Of a DNA stretch of 64,000 nt, positions 9,338 through 18,880 are shown in pieces; the first letter of the stretch is position 1; each line of letters starts with the position of its first letter. The notes beneath the pieces are model-generated. The model was given only the letters and a program-made list of their open reading frames with translations. It did no database searches and had not been told where the DNA came from. This DNA is from Candidatus Omnitrophota bacterium (GTDB lineage Bacteria; Omnitrophota; Gorgyraeia; B26-G9): contig JAZDHG010000009.1 of assembly GCA_043806135.1 (NCBI GenBank), positions 430 through 64,429 of the forward strand, written 5' to 3'. Position numbers and translations under genes: made by a program.

Positions 9338-9823
9338 ATGAATCGTAAAGGTTTTACTCTTGTTGAAATCATGATTGTTGTAGCGATTATCGCATTACTC
9401 GCAGCTATTGCTATACCTAACCTTTTACGTGCCAGACTTAACGCAAATGAAGCAGCAGCTCAGTCAACATTAAAAACTGTTTCTACAGCTTGTGAAAGCT
9501 ATAGAGCAGCGCAAACCCTGCCATCATATGATCCGTCGGCAACTGGAGCCAATATGACCGGCGCTACTCCGCCTTACCTGGATGTGGGGATTTTCGCGGC
9601 AGCTGGAAGACAAGGATATCTATTTGTATATTCACCACAGGCTGCTGTAGGAGGTATTATACAGCAATATGTTGCTTCTGCTGAACCGGTAACTGACAAT
9701 GTTACTGGTGCCAGAGTATTTGCTATTAATGAAACAGGTGTTTTAAGAGCAGCGGTAGTAGGAACGGCGGCTCCAACGACAACAGCAGCTTATCAAGCGG
9801 CAGCTTTTGTTGTTGTTCAGTAA
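9338..9823 (+). CDS. pilA: Major type IV pilin
   Basis: MNRKG|FTLVEIMIVVAIIALLAAIAIPN; strong RBS AGGAGG; own sigma54 promoter and terminator. Confidence 0.9.
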   Translation: MNRKGFTLVEIMIVVAIIALLAAIAIPNLLRARLNANEAAAQSTLKTVSTACESYRAAQTLPSYDPSATGANMTGATPPYLDVGIFAAAGRQGYLFVYSPQAAVGGIIQQYVASAEPVTDNVTGARVFAINETGVLRAAVVGTAAPTTTAAYQAAAFVVVQ

Positions 9824-9850
9824 TCTGACGCCTTGTCTTTTGAGAGAATT

Positions 9851-9888
9851 AAAAAAGGAAGCGGTAAAAAATCCCGCTTCCTTTTTTT
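9851..9888 (+). terminator. Intrinsic terminator after pilA
   Basis: AAAAAAGGAAGCGG...CCGCTTCCTTTTTTT. Confidence 0.85.
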
Positions 9889-9971
9889 ATTGCTAAACTG
9901 AATTTTTTGATATATTATAACTATAGAAAATTTTAAGCTTTTAACCTGATCAGAAAATTGCCTGTTTGGAT

Positions 9972-10469
9972 ATGCGGAAATTTAAAAATAAGTTTGCTTA
10001 TAAATTTATAAGGGCATTCACTTTGGTTGAAATACTGATCGTGGTTACGATCATTGCTATGCTTGCGGCATTAGCTATTCCTAATCTATTGTACAGCCGA
10101 ATGCTTTCTAATGAGGCTATTGCCCAAGGGACTTTAAAAACAATTGCAAGCTCTTGTGAATCCTTTCGCACGACAGATATGACGCGTAGTTTTCCGGTAG
10201 CAATGTCTGACTTAACGACGGCTGTACCGCCTTATTTTGCCGATGCTGTTGATACCGCTACAACGGGTGCCCCTAAGAGCGGTTATTTTTTTGAATATAT
10301 ACTCATTGGTGCGCAGCAATTTGTCTGTTCGGCCAGGCCTGCTACATATCGCGCAACTGGTATCAGGACTTTTGCTGTAAACGAAACAGGGCTGCTCCGG
10401 GCAATTGATAATAACGGAGTACTCATAAATACAGAGGCATTGTATGAAGCAATGACTCCTGCTCAATAA
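9972..10469 (+). CDS. Second pilin, PilA paralog
   Basis: RA|FTLVEILIVVTIIAMLAALAIPN; shares ..CES.R and TG.R.FA.NETG.LRA with pilA. Confidence 0.85.
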   Translation: MRKFKNKFAYKFIRAFTLVEILIVVTIIAMLAALAIPNLLYSRMLSNEAIAQGTLKTIASSCESFRTTDMTRSFPVAMSDLTTAVPPYFADAVDTATTGAPKSGYFFEYILIGAQQFVCSARPATYRATGIRTFAVNETGLLRAIDNNGVLINTEALYEAMTPAQ

Positions 10470-10477
10470 TTGATAAT

Positions 10478-10972
10478 ATGCTGCGAATGATGCTAAGAAA
10501 TAAAAACGGCTGGACCATTATACAGACAATGATTTTGGCCGCAGTGATCGCCCTTTTTCTGGTATTTTCCTTTTCCGGAATTTTATCCTTGCGCAAATCG
10601 CTCAATGAATCCCGGGTGAAAAATATCTTAAAAAGTTTAGCCGCAAAGCTGCTGACGCACAAATTAGAGAGCAGCCGGGATTCTTACCCTGATGATCTGA
10701 GCTTTATAGAAAATAGTGTTTTTAAGAATGTTTTTAAAAAGCCGTTGATTTCCGGAGAGCTAAGCTTTGAATATTCAGGCTACTGGTTTATTTATGCCCC
10801 TGGAAGCAAGGATGCGCTGGGAAATATAAGCAGATATACTTTTTTCTCTAAGCCTGTTCAATATAATGTGTTTGGATTTAATTCTTTTGTGATGAATGAA
10901 GGAGCGACTGTATACATAGACAAGGGTAAGTATCCAGCAGTTGTTGATAAATTTGACTGCCCAGTTATGTGA
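10478..10972 (+). CDS. Divergent pilin-like protein
   Basis: KNG|WTIIQT degenerate prepilin site, TM helix, SGYWFIY and F.MNE.A similar to neighbouring pilins. Confidence 0.65.
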   Translation: MLRMMLRNKNGWTIIQTMILAAVIALFLVFSFSGILSLRKSLNESRVKNILKSLAAKLLTHKLESSRDSYPDDLSFIENSVFKNVFKKPLISGELSFEYSGYWFIYAPGSKDALGNISRYTFFSKPVQYNVFGFNSFVMNEGATVYIDKGKYPAVVDKFDCPVM

Positions 10973-11350
10973 CTTTTGAATAATTTGATTTTTCTTTAAT
11001 TTGGCGTGAAAATATCAGCAGGACATAAATTATATTAAAAAAAGTATAATTTTATTGACATGATAATGGGAAAAGTGTTAATATATTCACAAGGTTTAAA
11101 GTTGTAAATCTATTAGTTTTAAGGAAAAGGAGTTTAGAAAATGACATGGAAGTGCTTTTCTAACCAAACAGGCAAATATTTAAATTTGCTCTACACAGAA
11201 GAAACCGTTCAAAAATCAGCCCAGCAGCAATATTCTGAGAACTATTTAACTTCATTTAGAAATAAAATTCGTTATTCTATGCAAAAAAGTAAAAACTCTG
11301 ATATTTTAGTTTTTTGGGGAGGAGGTAGCAGAGGTAAACGAGCATAAAAT

Positions 11351-12628
11351 ATGAATAAGCTGCTAATCTTACTGCCTTTGTTGGGAATTATTTTTTTAAT
11401 TATTTTTTGGATTATAAATCCATTGATCGGGCCAAGTTTATCCGTGATTACGATTCCTTTTATGGCGCTTACCCTGGCTGCGATCAGGGAGAGAAAAAAG
11501 GGGGAAAAGGAGTTAGATGAGGCAGTAAAAATGTTTCAGGCAGAAAAAGAGGAAATTAAAAAGGAAATACAGAGAAAAGAAAAAAATCATGTAGAGCAGT
11601 ACATGGCTTTGCAGACTTTTAGCCGGGATCTTTCTACGTCGCTGAACAAAGATCAGCTGTTGAGAGTTATCGTAAGTACTTTTTCTAAGCTGACTCGTTC
11701 GGCTTCGGGAGAAAGCCAGTGTTTTTTGTTAAGCCACGATGACATAACGCAGGAGTTCAAATACGAAGTCGGTGATAATTTTGATTCCAACACATTAAAA
11801 ACAACTAGTTTCAACGCGGAAGATGATCTTATAAAGACAATAACGAAAACCAAGAAGATACAGACCTTTATAAGTGATATTTTCGGCGGCGATTCTAATA
11901 TCAGGTATTTTTTAAAAGAAGAACGGATCACGTATCTTTCTCAACTGGGATCGCTTGCTTTAATCCCTTTGATTTTAGAAAATGAGGTATGGGGGATAAT
12001 TGTTGTTTTCTGCCATGAAGGCGCAGCAGCCAGAATCAATAACGAGGAATTGTTTTATCTGCTGCTTGTTGCGCAGGCCTCAATCGCTCTGGGAAGCGCT
12101 ATACACCGCGGACTGGCTTCGGTCGACAGGTTGACACAGCTATATAATAGAACCTTTCTGCATAAGCGTATGAACGAAGAAATTGAATTTTGCAACCGGC
12201 AGTTACTGCCCATGAGTATACTGATGATCGATATTGACCATTTTAAAGATATCAACGATACTTATGGTCACCAGGAAGGTGATATGGTTTTAAAAAAAAT
12301 CGCTCAGATCGTCAGCAATTGCGTACGCTTGACCGACCTTTGCGCTAGATACGGCGGGGAAGAGTTTGTAGTTGTTTTACCAGGTATCGCGGAAAACGAG
12401 CAGGATGGGTTCTCTATAGCAGAACGGCTGAGAGCTTCTGTAGAAAAAGCGGATTTTGTCATCCTGGGTCAAAAACATCTGAAGATTACGATAAGTGTCG
12501 GTGTAACTGTACGCAAATACCCCGAAGATAAAGAAACCGATATGGAAAAACTTATAATCCGTGCGGACAGATTGCTGTATAAAGCTAAAAATGAGGGAAG
12601 AAATTGCGTGCGGTATGACGCACAATAA
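11351..12628 (+). CDS. Membrane-anchored GAF-GGDEF diguanylate cyclase
   Basis: 2 TM helices, GAF-like region, DRLTQLYNR, DIDHFKDINDTYGH, RLTD I-site, GGEEF. Confidence 0.9.
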   Translation: MNKLLILLPLLGIIFLIIFWIINPLIGPSLSVITIPFMALTLAAIRERKKGEKELDEAVKMFQAEKEEIKKEIQRKEKNHVEQYMALQTFSRDLSTSLNKDQLLRVIVSTFSKLTRSASGESQCFLLSHDDITQEFKYEVGDNFDSNTLKTTSFNAEDDLIKTITKTKKIQTFISDIFGGDSNIRYFLKEERITYLSQLGSLALIPLILENEVWGIIVVFCHEGAAARINNEELFYLLLVAQASIALGSAIHRGLASVDRLTQLYNRTFLHKRMNEEIEFCNRQLLPMSILMIDIDHFKDINDTYGHQEGDMVLKKIAQIVSNCVRLTDLCARYGGEEFVVVLPGIAENEQDGFSIAERLRASVEKADFVILGQKHLKITISVGVTVRKYPEDKETDMEKLIIRADRLLYKAKNEGRNCVRYDAQ

Positions 12629-12639
12629 ATAGGTGGAAA

Positions 12640-14322
12640 ATGTTTCAAAAACAAAAAAACTCTATAGGGCTTGAAATTGGTGATGGATTGGTAAAAGCAA
12701 TGCATATTGTTTCAACCCATAAAGAAAATAAGCTTATTGGTTTTGACATGGTGAGTGTGAACTTCCGCGAAGGCCGCCAGGGTATCGTCAATGCCATGAA
12801 AGATGTTCTCGGCAAATTGGGCTTAAATAAAAATGACAAAATTAATATCTCTGTATCCGGAGAATCTGTTATGGTGCGTGATATACACTGGCCGCAGATG
12901 ACTGATGATGAGATCAGGAAGGCCTTGAAGTTTGAAGTTGAGCGCCAGGTTCATTATAAGACTGAGGAAATTGTTTTTGATTATTATTCTGTTTTGGATA
13001 AGTCTATAGCTGAGACAAAAACAAGGGTTATCCTTGTCGCGGCTAAAAAAGATCTTATTGAAAACTATTCCAGCCTGATAGAGTCTGCAGGTTATAAGTG
13101 CGGATTCGTGGAAGTGGATACCTTCAGCTTGCTGAACTGCTTCTATGTTAACGGTCCTGATGTTCCGCCTGAAAAAACAATAGCGATTATCAATATCGGG
13201 CTTGAAGTTACGAATATTGATATTATAAAAGGAAAGATCGTTGGACTTACTAAAGATGCTTTTGTGGCTTGGAGCAATCTTGTGGATGTTTTGCCGGAAG
13301 GCGTAGAGTTTGATTTTGATAATGTCACTGCGCTAAAAGGATTAATGGGCACGGACGATGTCTATGAGCTTAGTTTGTTTATTATGAATGCGCTTTCCAA
13401 TCAGGTGCGCAGAACAATAGAGTTTTACGAAAGTCAGGGACGCGATACTGTAGAAGAAATATATTTAAGCGGAAAACTGGCGATGTATAAAAACCTGGAT
13501 AAGTATCTGCAGAATATCTTGGGCTTAAAAGTAACTGTTTGGAATCCGCTAGCAAATGTGAGTTATAATGCAAAACTGTTTGAAGGAAAGCATCTAAAGG
13601 AAAAGGCCCCGATGCTTGCTTTGTGCAGCGGTTTGGCCTGCAGAAGGGCTTTTGATATTGATCTTACGACTTCCAGAAAAGCGGAGCAAAGGAACAAGTT
13701 TGTGAGTTTTCTTGGACAGCATAAGGCACTTGTATATACATTTGTAGTTGTAGCATGCTTTCTTGCCGGCTTATGGGTAATTCTTTTGAGCCAGATCAAG
13801 GTGAAGGAAAACCGCAAGCAGGCGTTACTGTTTGAGAATCAAAAATTAAACGAGGTCCTCAAAGATATAGAAAACCTGAAGCAGGGAAGATTGATTTTAG
13901 GCGAGCATGTGAATATTGCGAAGACTTTGCTTTCGCATAGATTGCTCTGGAGTAAAAAACTTTTTCAAATAAGTAAAAGTGTATCCAATGAGATGTGGCT
14001 TAAGGAAATATTAATTAAGGAATTAAGCCCATCAAGTGCACCTCGTGAAAGTACTGCTCAGATCGGTACGGCCGTGGAAACCTCCGGCGCGGCAGAAGCT
14101 GTGCCTGAAAGGCCTCAGCTGGTTTTGATTATAAATGGTGTTGTTTATTCAGAATCGAGCAAAAACCTGCTGGGTGAGGTTAATCAGTTTATCAGCAATT
14201 TGAACAATGACCAGGGATTTAAAGAGGATTTTATTAAGATAGAGCTAAAACGTTCTTTTCGTGATACAGTCGGCAGCACGCCGATAATGAATTTCAGGAT
14301 TGAATGTACTTTAAATAGGTAA
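12640..14322 (+). CDS. pilM: PilM-PilN fusion protein
   Basis: PilM actin-like fold (IGLEIG, VILVAAKKD, INIG, IYLSG, NPL) followed by TM, coiled coil and PilN-like MWLKEI region in one ORF. Confidence 0.8.
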   Translation: MFQKQKNSIGLEIGDGLVKAMHIVSTHKENKLIGFDMVSVNFREGRQGIVNAMKDVLGKLGLNKNDKINISVSGESVMVRDIHWPQMTDDEIRKALKFEVERQVHYKTEEIVFDYYSVLDKSIAETKTRVILVAAKKDLIENYSSLIESAGYKCGFVEVDTFSLLNCFYVNGPDVPPEKTIAIINIGLEVTNIDIIKGKIVGLTKDAFVAWSNLVDVLPEGVEFDFDNVTALKGLMGTDDVYELSLFIMNALSNQVRRTIEFYESQGRDTVEEIYLSGKLAMYKNLDKYLQNILGLKVTVWNPLANVSYNAKLFEGKHLKEKAPMLALCSGLACRRAFDIDLTTSRKAEQRNKFVSFLGQHKALVYTFVVVACFLAGLWVILLSQIKVKENRKQALLFENQKLNEVLKDIENLKQGRLILGEHVNIAKTLLSHRLLWSKKLFQISKSVSNEMWLKEILIKELSPSSAPRESTAQIGTAVETSGAAEAVPERPQLVLIINGVVYSESSKNLLGEVNQFISNLNNDQGFKEDFIKIELKRSFRDTVGSTPIMNFRIECTLNR

Positions 14323-14326
14323 TCTC

Positions 14327-14896
14327 ATGAAGAAAAAACTAAGTCAAAAAGATCAAATATTTATTTCCGGAAGTATCATAATCGGGATAATAGTGTTGCT
14401 CTGTTTTATGTTCATTTTTCAGCCGATGCTGAAAAAGATCATGGATTACACTAAAGAGGAAGAAAACATAAAGGCGCAATTGAGAAAGGCAAGTAATTTA
14501 GCAGCGGATAAGGAAAAGTTAGCTGCTGAAGTTAAGAATATTTCAAAAATGATATTTTTTTATGAAGAAAGACTGCCGAAGAAGACAGATATTCCGCAAG
14601 TCCTGGATGAACTGGTAAAGATTGGAGAAAAATCTGAAGTAACATTTATTTCTATCGAACCGCAGGAGATTAAAAGAGTACATGTCGGACAGTCGGGTCA
14701 AAAAAACTATATAAAGATCCCGATAGAGCTAATATTAAAAGCAGGCTATCACGAGTTTGCCTTATTTGTCAACGGAGTGGAAAATTTCCCCCAGTTCATG
14801 CGGGTGGATAATGTAAAAATAAATGGTGATGTCAGCAATACTAGAAAGCATGATATCAGTCTTACGGTCACTGCTTTTGCTTTAGAGGACAATTAA
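14327..14896 (+). CDS. pilO: Type IV pilus alignment protein PilO
   Basis: TM, RLPKKTDIPQVL, GYHEFALFV motif; synteny. Confidence 0.85.
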   Translation: MKKKLSQKDQIFISGSIIIGIIVLLCFMFIFQPMLKKIMDYTKEEENIKAQLRKASNLAADKEKLAAEVKNISKMIFFYEERLPKKTDIPQVLDELVKIGEKSEVTFISIEPQEIKRVHVGQSGQKNYIKIPIELILKAGYHEFALFVNGVENFPQFMRVDNVKINGDVSNTRKHDISLTVTAFALEDN

Positions 14897-14898
14897 AA

Positions 14899-15342
14899 AT
14901 GCGACGATTTGCAGGAAGAATTACAATTAATGCAATACTGGTTTTAATAATCAGCGTGTTTTGCACTATGCTGCTGGTGTTTGATTCGCAGGCCGAAGAA
15001 TTTATTGAGCATAAGGATAAATTCATTTACACGCGAGATGGCCGCAATGATCCTTTTCTGCCTTTGCTTAGCGCTAAAGGGCTGGTGCAGGAAACGGGTC
15101 CAAGCACAAAAGAAGATATGATGCAATATGTCAGTAAAATAAATGTAAGCGGGATCCTGTGGGATGAAACGATGCCTTTCGTAGTGATAAATAATAAAAT
15201 GCGAAAAGAGGGCGACGTCGTAGAGAACCTGACAATCAAAAAAATAAACGTTAACGGTATAATTTTAGGATATCTTGACCTGACACATGAAATTATATTG
15301 ATAAAAAAGAAGAAAATGAACGATCAAGGAGGGGTTCAATGA
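14899..15342 (+). CDS. PilP-like protein
   Basis: RNDPFLP motif; between pilO and pilQ. Confidence 0.65.
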   Translation: MRRFAGRITINAILVLIISVFCTMLLVFDSQAEEFIEHKDKFIYTRDGRNDPFLPLLSAKGLVQETGPSTKEDMMQYVSKINVSGILWDETMPFVVINNKMRKEGDVVENLTIKKINVNGIILGYLDLTHEIILIKKKKMNDQGGVQ

Positions 15343-16973
15343 AAGCAATAAACGAGTTCTCAAGGAAGAGAATATTTCTGATGTTGTTTATCTATCCGAG
15401 TCTCTTTCTCAGCATCATAATGCCGGTTTCCCAGGTGAGTTTTGCGATTGAAAGCGAAATAGAAAATAGCTTGGATGAGGAAATTACCGAGGCTGTGGCC
15501 AAGAATAGTTACGGGCAAAAATTGCTTTCCATAACGCTTAAAGAAACTGACTTAAGAGAAGTACTGAATATACTTGCTTTTAAAGGCGGGGTGAATATTA
15601 TCGCGGGTGATGATGTCGATTCCAAGGTTAATGTGCAGCTTAAAGATGTTCCCTGGGAACAGGCCCTTGACGTAATATTAAAAACCTATAATTATACTTA
15701 TAAACGGGAAGATAATCTTATCCGGGTAATGAGTCTGGCCAGGGCATTGGATGAAGAGAGTAAACTGCCGCTTGAAACAAGGATTATACCGCTTAATTTT
15801 GCCAAGGTCATCGATCTTAAAGAATCCTTGGGTAAAATATTGAGTAAACGCGGAACTATTGAAGTTGACGCCCGCACAAATTCCCTGATCATTACGGATG
15901 TTCCTGAAACCGTGCAAAAAGTTGAGATCGCGGCGATGGAACTTGATACCCGAACGCCTCAGGTTTTGATAGAAGCCATGATGGTTGATGTTAAGATTAC
16001 GGATAATGAAGAATGGGGAAGTATAATAAGCCAGCTTACAAATCTTAAATCCCGTAATAATTCAAATATTCTGACAACCAATATGCCTGCTTCACAGAAA
16101 AATAGCATTTCTTTCAATGCGGTCACTGACAATTTTGATATCAGCGGTTTTATTGATATTCTGATCACTCAAAATAAGGCGTCTATCCTGGCAAGCCCCA
16201 AAGTCTTAACGCTTGATAACCAGGAAGCAAAGATCGAAATAATTTCGAAGATCCCTTATTCAGAATCTGTTGATACAGGGGGAGGCACGACTGTTAATAT
16301 AAAATTTGAAGAGGCGGGCGTAAAACTTTCTGTAACTCCGCATGTAACAAGCGGTAAATTTATTTCTATGAATGTAAAACCTGAGCAAAGTTTTAGTATC
16401 GGGGAGTTCGGCGGACGTCCGATCATAGATTCAAGAAAAGCGGAAACAAACCTGCTGGTTAGAGACGGACAGACTATTGTTATCGGCGGATTGCGCCAGT
16501 CCAATGACACCTATAGCTTTAACAAAATGCCGATTTTGGGAGATATTCCTTTCGTAGGAATGCTTTTTAAAAGTAAGGTTAAGAAAAAGGAAGAAACAGA
16601 ACTTGTCCTATTTGTCACTCCGCATATAATTGTGCAGTCTATGCTCACAGACAGGGATTTGGAACTTTATGAAAAACTCGGCAATAGCGAAAAGATTGTT
16701 ATTGACGAAAAAACTGAGATGCAAAAACTAAAGGACTTTATGGGAACGGCAAAGGATCGGTTAAAGGCTAAAGAGATTGCCGAGCAGGAAGTATCGATGC
16801 GTAAAATGGAATTAGAAAAAACTGGAATTAAGGAAGACCCCGGAGTGAACACTAAAAAAAGTTCTAAAACTCTGCTTGGACCAAAAGCCGAAGATGATCC
16901 TGAAAAACGGGATAATCTGGAAATTGAAGCAAAAAAATTCCGCGACTCCTTAAACATGATGCAGACCAATTAA
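15339..16973 (+). CDS. pilQ: Secretin PilQ
   Basis: LKDVPWEQALD, DARTNSLII, PQVLIEA, GQTIVIGGL, PILGDIPFVGMLFK, ELVLFVTPHI. Confidence 0.92.
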   Translation: MKAINEFSRKRIFLMLFIYPSLFLSIIMPVSQVSFAIESEIENSLDEEITEAVAKNSYGQKLLSITLKETDLREVLNILAFKGGVNIIAGDDVDSKVNVQLKDVPWEQALDVILKTYNYTYKREDNLIRVMSLARALDEESKLPLETRIIPLNFAKVIDLKESLGKILSKRGTIEVDARTNSLIITDVPETVQKVEIAAMELDTRTPQVLIEAMMVDVKITDNEEWGSIISQLTNLKSRNNSNILTTNMPASQKNSISFNAVTDNFDISGFIDILITQNKASILASPKVLTLDNQEAKIEIISKIPYSESVDTGGGTTVNIKFEEAGVKLSVTPHVTSGKFISMNVKPEQSFSIGEFGGRPIIDSRKAETNLLVRDGQTIVIGGLRQSNDTYSFNKMPILGDIPFVGMLFKSKVKKKEETELVLFVTPHIIVQSMLTDRDLELYEKLGNSEKIVIDEKTEMQKLKDFMGTAKDRLKAKEIAEQEVSMRKMELEKTGIKEDPGVNTKKSSKTLLGPKAEDDPEKRDNLEIEAKKFRDSLNMMQTN

Positions 16974-17014
16974 AAGGCGTATTGGATATAGGCAAAATTA
17001 AATAATGGAAGGAC

Positions 17015-17042
17015 TTGACAATATATGATTTAAGGGTATAAT
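17015..17042 (+). promoter_or_regulatory. sigma70-type promoter of rimP-nusA-infB
   Basis: TTGACA-16 nt-TATAAT. Confidence 0.7.
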
Positions 17043-17072
17043 AAACACAACTGCTAGGGGAAACAAAAATGT

Positions 17073-17100
17073 AAAGTGGGAATTGCTTCCCGCTTTTTTT
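17073..17100 (+). promoter_or_regulatory. rimP leader hairpin/attenuator
   Basis: AAAGTGGGAA...TTCCCGCTTTTTTT directly upstream of rimP. Confidence 0.6.
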
Positions 17101-17113
17101 GTGGAGAAAACAG

Positions 17114-17575
17114 GTGGATGTTCAAGGAAAGCTTAAAGAAATTATTAAGCAAATTGCAAACAGACAGGGATTATTGGTTATTGACACGAATATATTTAAG
17201 CATGGCGGCACACTTCAGATAAGAATACTGGTGGATAAAAATGGCGGTGTTTTGCTCGGTGATTGCGCAAAAGTTAATAGATCACTCAGTGAATATATAG
17301 AGGCACAGCAGATATTGGACGATGATTTTACAATCGAGGTTTCTTCACCTGGGTTAGACAGAAAATTCGTTAAAATTGATGATTTTATAAGATGTGTAGG
17401 CAGAAGGATTAATGTTACTACGAGACAATCAATAGAAAATGGCAGTGAGTTTTGCGGTAAATTATGCTCTGCCGCAGATGAAGAGATAAAGATTTTATTA
17501 GACAGTAACCAGGAATTAACAATAAATTTAAATAATATTGAAAAAGCTAAATTGGAAATTGGGTGGAAAAGATGA
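17114..17575 (+). CDS. rimP: Ribosome maturation factor RimP
   Basis: IEVSSPGLDR motif; precedes nusA. Confidence 0.92.
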   Translation: MDVQGKLKEIIKQIANRQGLLVIDTNIFKHGGTLQIRILVDKNGGVLLGDCAKVNRSLSEYIEAQQILDDDFTIEVSSPGLDRKFVKIDDFIRCVGRRINVTTRQSIENGSEFCGKLCSAADEEIKILLDSNQELTINLNNIEKAKLEIGWKR

Positions 17576-18723
17576 GTAACGAGTTACTATTGGTATTAGA
17601 TTATATTGAACGGGAGAAAGGTATTGATAAGTCCATTATTATTTCTGCGATTGAATTAGCTTTGCTTTCTGCTGCTCGCAAACGTTTTGGAGAAGATAAG
17701 GAGCTTAGTGTTAGTATCGACGAAAAAACCGGGAAAATTATTGTAATGCGAGATAATGCAAAGATCAATGAAGGTGATTTTGGACGAATTGCGGCTCAAA
17801 CGGCCAGGCAGATCATTACCCAGAAGATCAGAGAGGCTGAAAGAGAAGTAGTTTATAATGATTTTCAGGCGAAAATAGGAGACATTACAAACGGTATTGT
17901 GCATCGCTTTGAAAGGGGTAATATTATTGTGGATCTTGGAAAAACGGAAGGGGTTTTGTCTTATAAGGAGATATTGCCTAATGAAGAGTTTAAACAGGGA
18001 CAAAGGGTCCGGGCTTTGATCTTAGCTGTTAAAAAGACAAACAAAGGCCCTCAGATCATTCTTTCCAGGACCAATGCCGGATTTGTAAAGCGTTTGTTTG
18101 AACTTGAGGTGCCGGAAATTTATGAGGGCATTGTTGATATAAAATCGATTTCCCGTATGGCAGGAGAACGTACAAAGGTTGCGGTAAGTTCCAAGGATGA
18201 AAAAATTGACTGCGTAGGGGCTTGTGTCGGTGTGAGAGGTTCAAGAATTAAAAATATTGTAATGGAACTGCACGGTGAGAAAGTTGACATAGTCCGCTGG
18301 CATGAAGAAATAAAGGAATACGTGAAAGCGGCGATAAGCCCTGCCAAAGTAACGAAAATAGACTTGAAATTAGAAGAAAAAAAAATGAATGTTGAGGTCG
18401 ATGATGATCAGCTTTCTCTGGCAATAGGTAAAAAGGGGCAAAATGTGCGGCTGGCTTCAAAGCTTATCGGATGGTCCATAAACATTATGAGTGCTTCACA
18501 GGTCAAAGAGGGAAATGAAAAGGAAAAAACTGCGGCAAAACAGTCAGTTCTTGGCAGTATCTCCGGCATAGGTAAAAAAACACTGGAGGCGCTTATTGAT
18601 GCGGGGTTTGATGATATTGCGGTTCTGTCTAAAGCGCAGGTAAGTGATTTGACTGCTGTTAAGGGTGTTGGAAAAAAACGTGCTGCGCATATACTTGAAG
18701 AAATAAAAAATATTGAAAAATAG
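17572..18723 (+). CDS. nusA: Transcription factor NusA
   Basis: FGRIAAQTARQ, GACVGVRGSR, AIGKKGQNVRLA. Confidence 0.97.
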   Translation: MSNELLLVLDYIEREKGIDKSIIISAIELALLSAARKRFGEDKELSVSIDEKTGKIIVMRDNAKINEGDFGRIAAQTARQIITQKIREAEREVVYNDFQAKIGDITNGIVHRFERGNIIVDLGKTEGVLSYKEILPNEEFKQGQRVRALILAVKKTNKGPQIILSRTNAGFVKRLFELEVPEIYEGIVDIKSISRMAGERTKVAVSSKDEKIDCVGACVGVRGSRIKNIVMELHGEKVDIVRWHEEIKEYVKAAISPAKVTKIDLKLEEKKMNVEVDDDQLSLAIGKKGQNVRLASKLIGWSINIMSASQVKEGNEKEKTAAKQSVLGSISGIGKKTLEALIDAGFDDIAVLSKAQVSDLTAVKGVGKKRAAHILEEIKNIEK

Positions 18724-18880
18724 GGTTCTTTCTTGTTTAAATTGAACGAAACAACCTGATTATACCGATTAAAAGTCCGATTACAGGGGGCATTTTTAAT
18801 TTGTTATAATAACTTGCAAATCATTAAGTTATATAAAACTATTCAACCTAATTAAGAATGACCCAAAAATAAGGGGTTAT

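Noticed and set aside
11141-11347. 68-aa ORF upstream of the diguanylate cyclase
   Set aside because: Has a plausible RBS but no recognisable motif in an AT-rich promoter region; not enough support to call.
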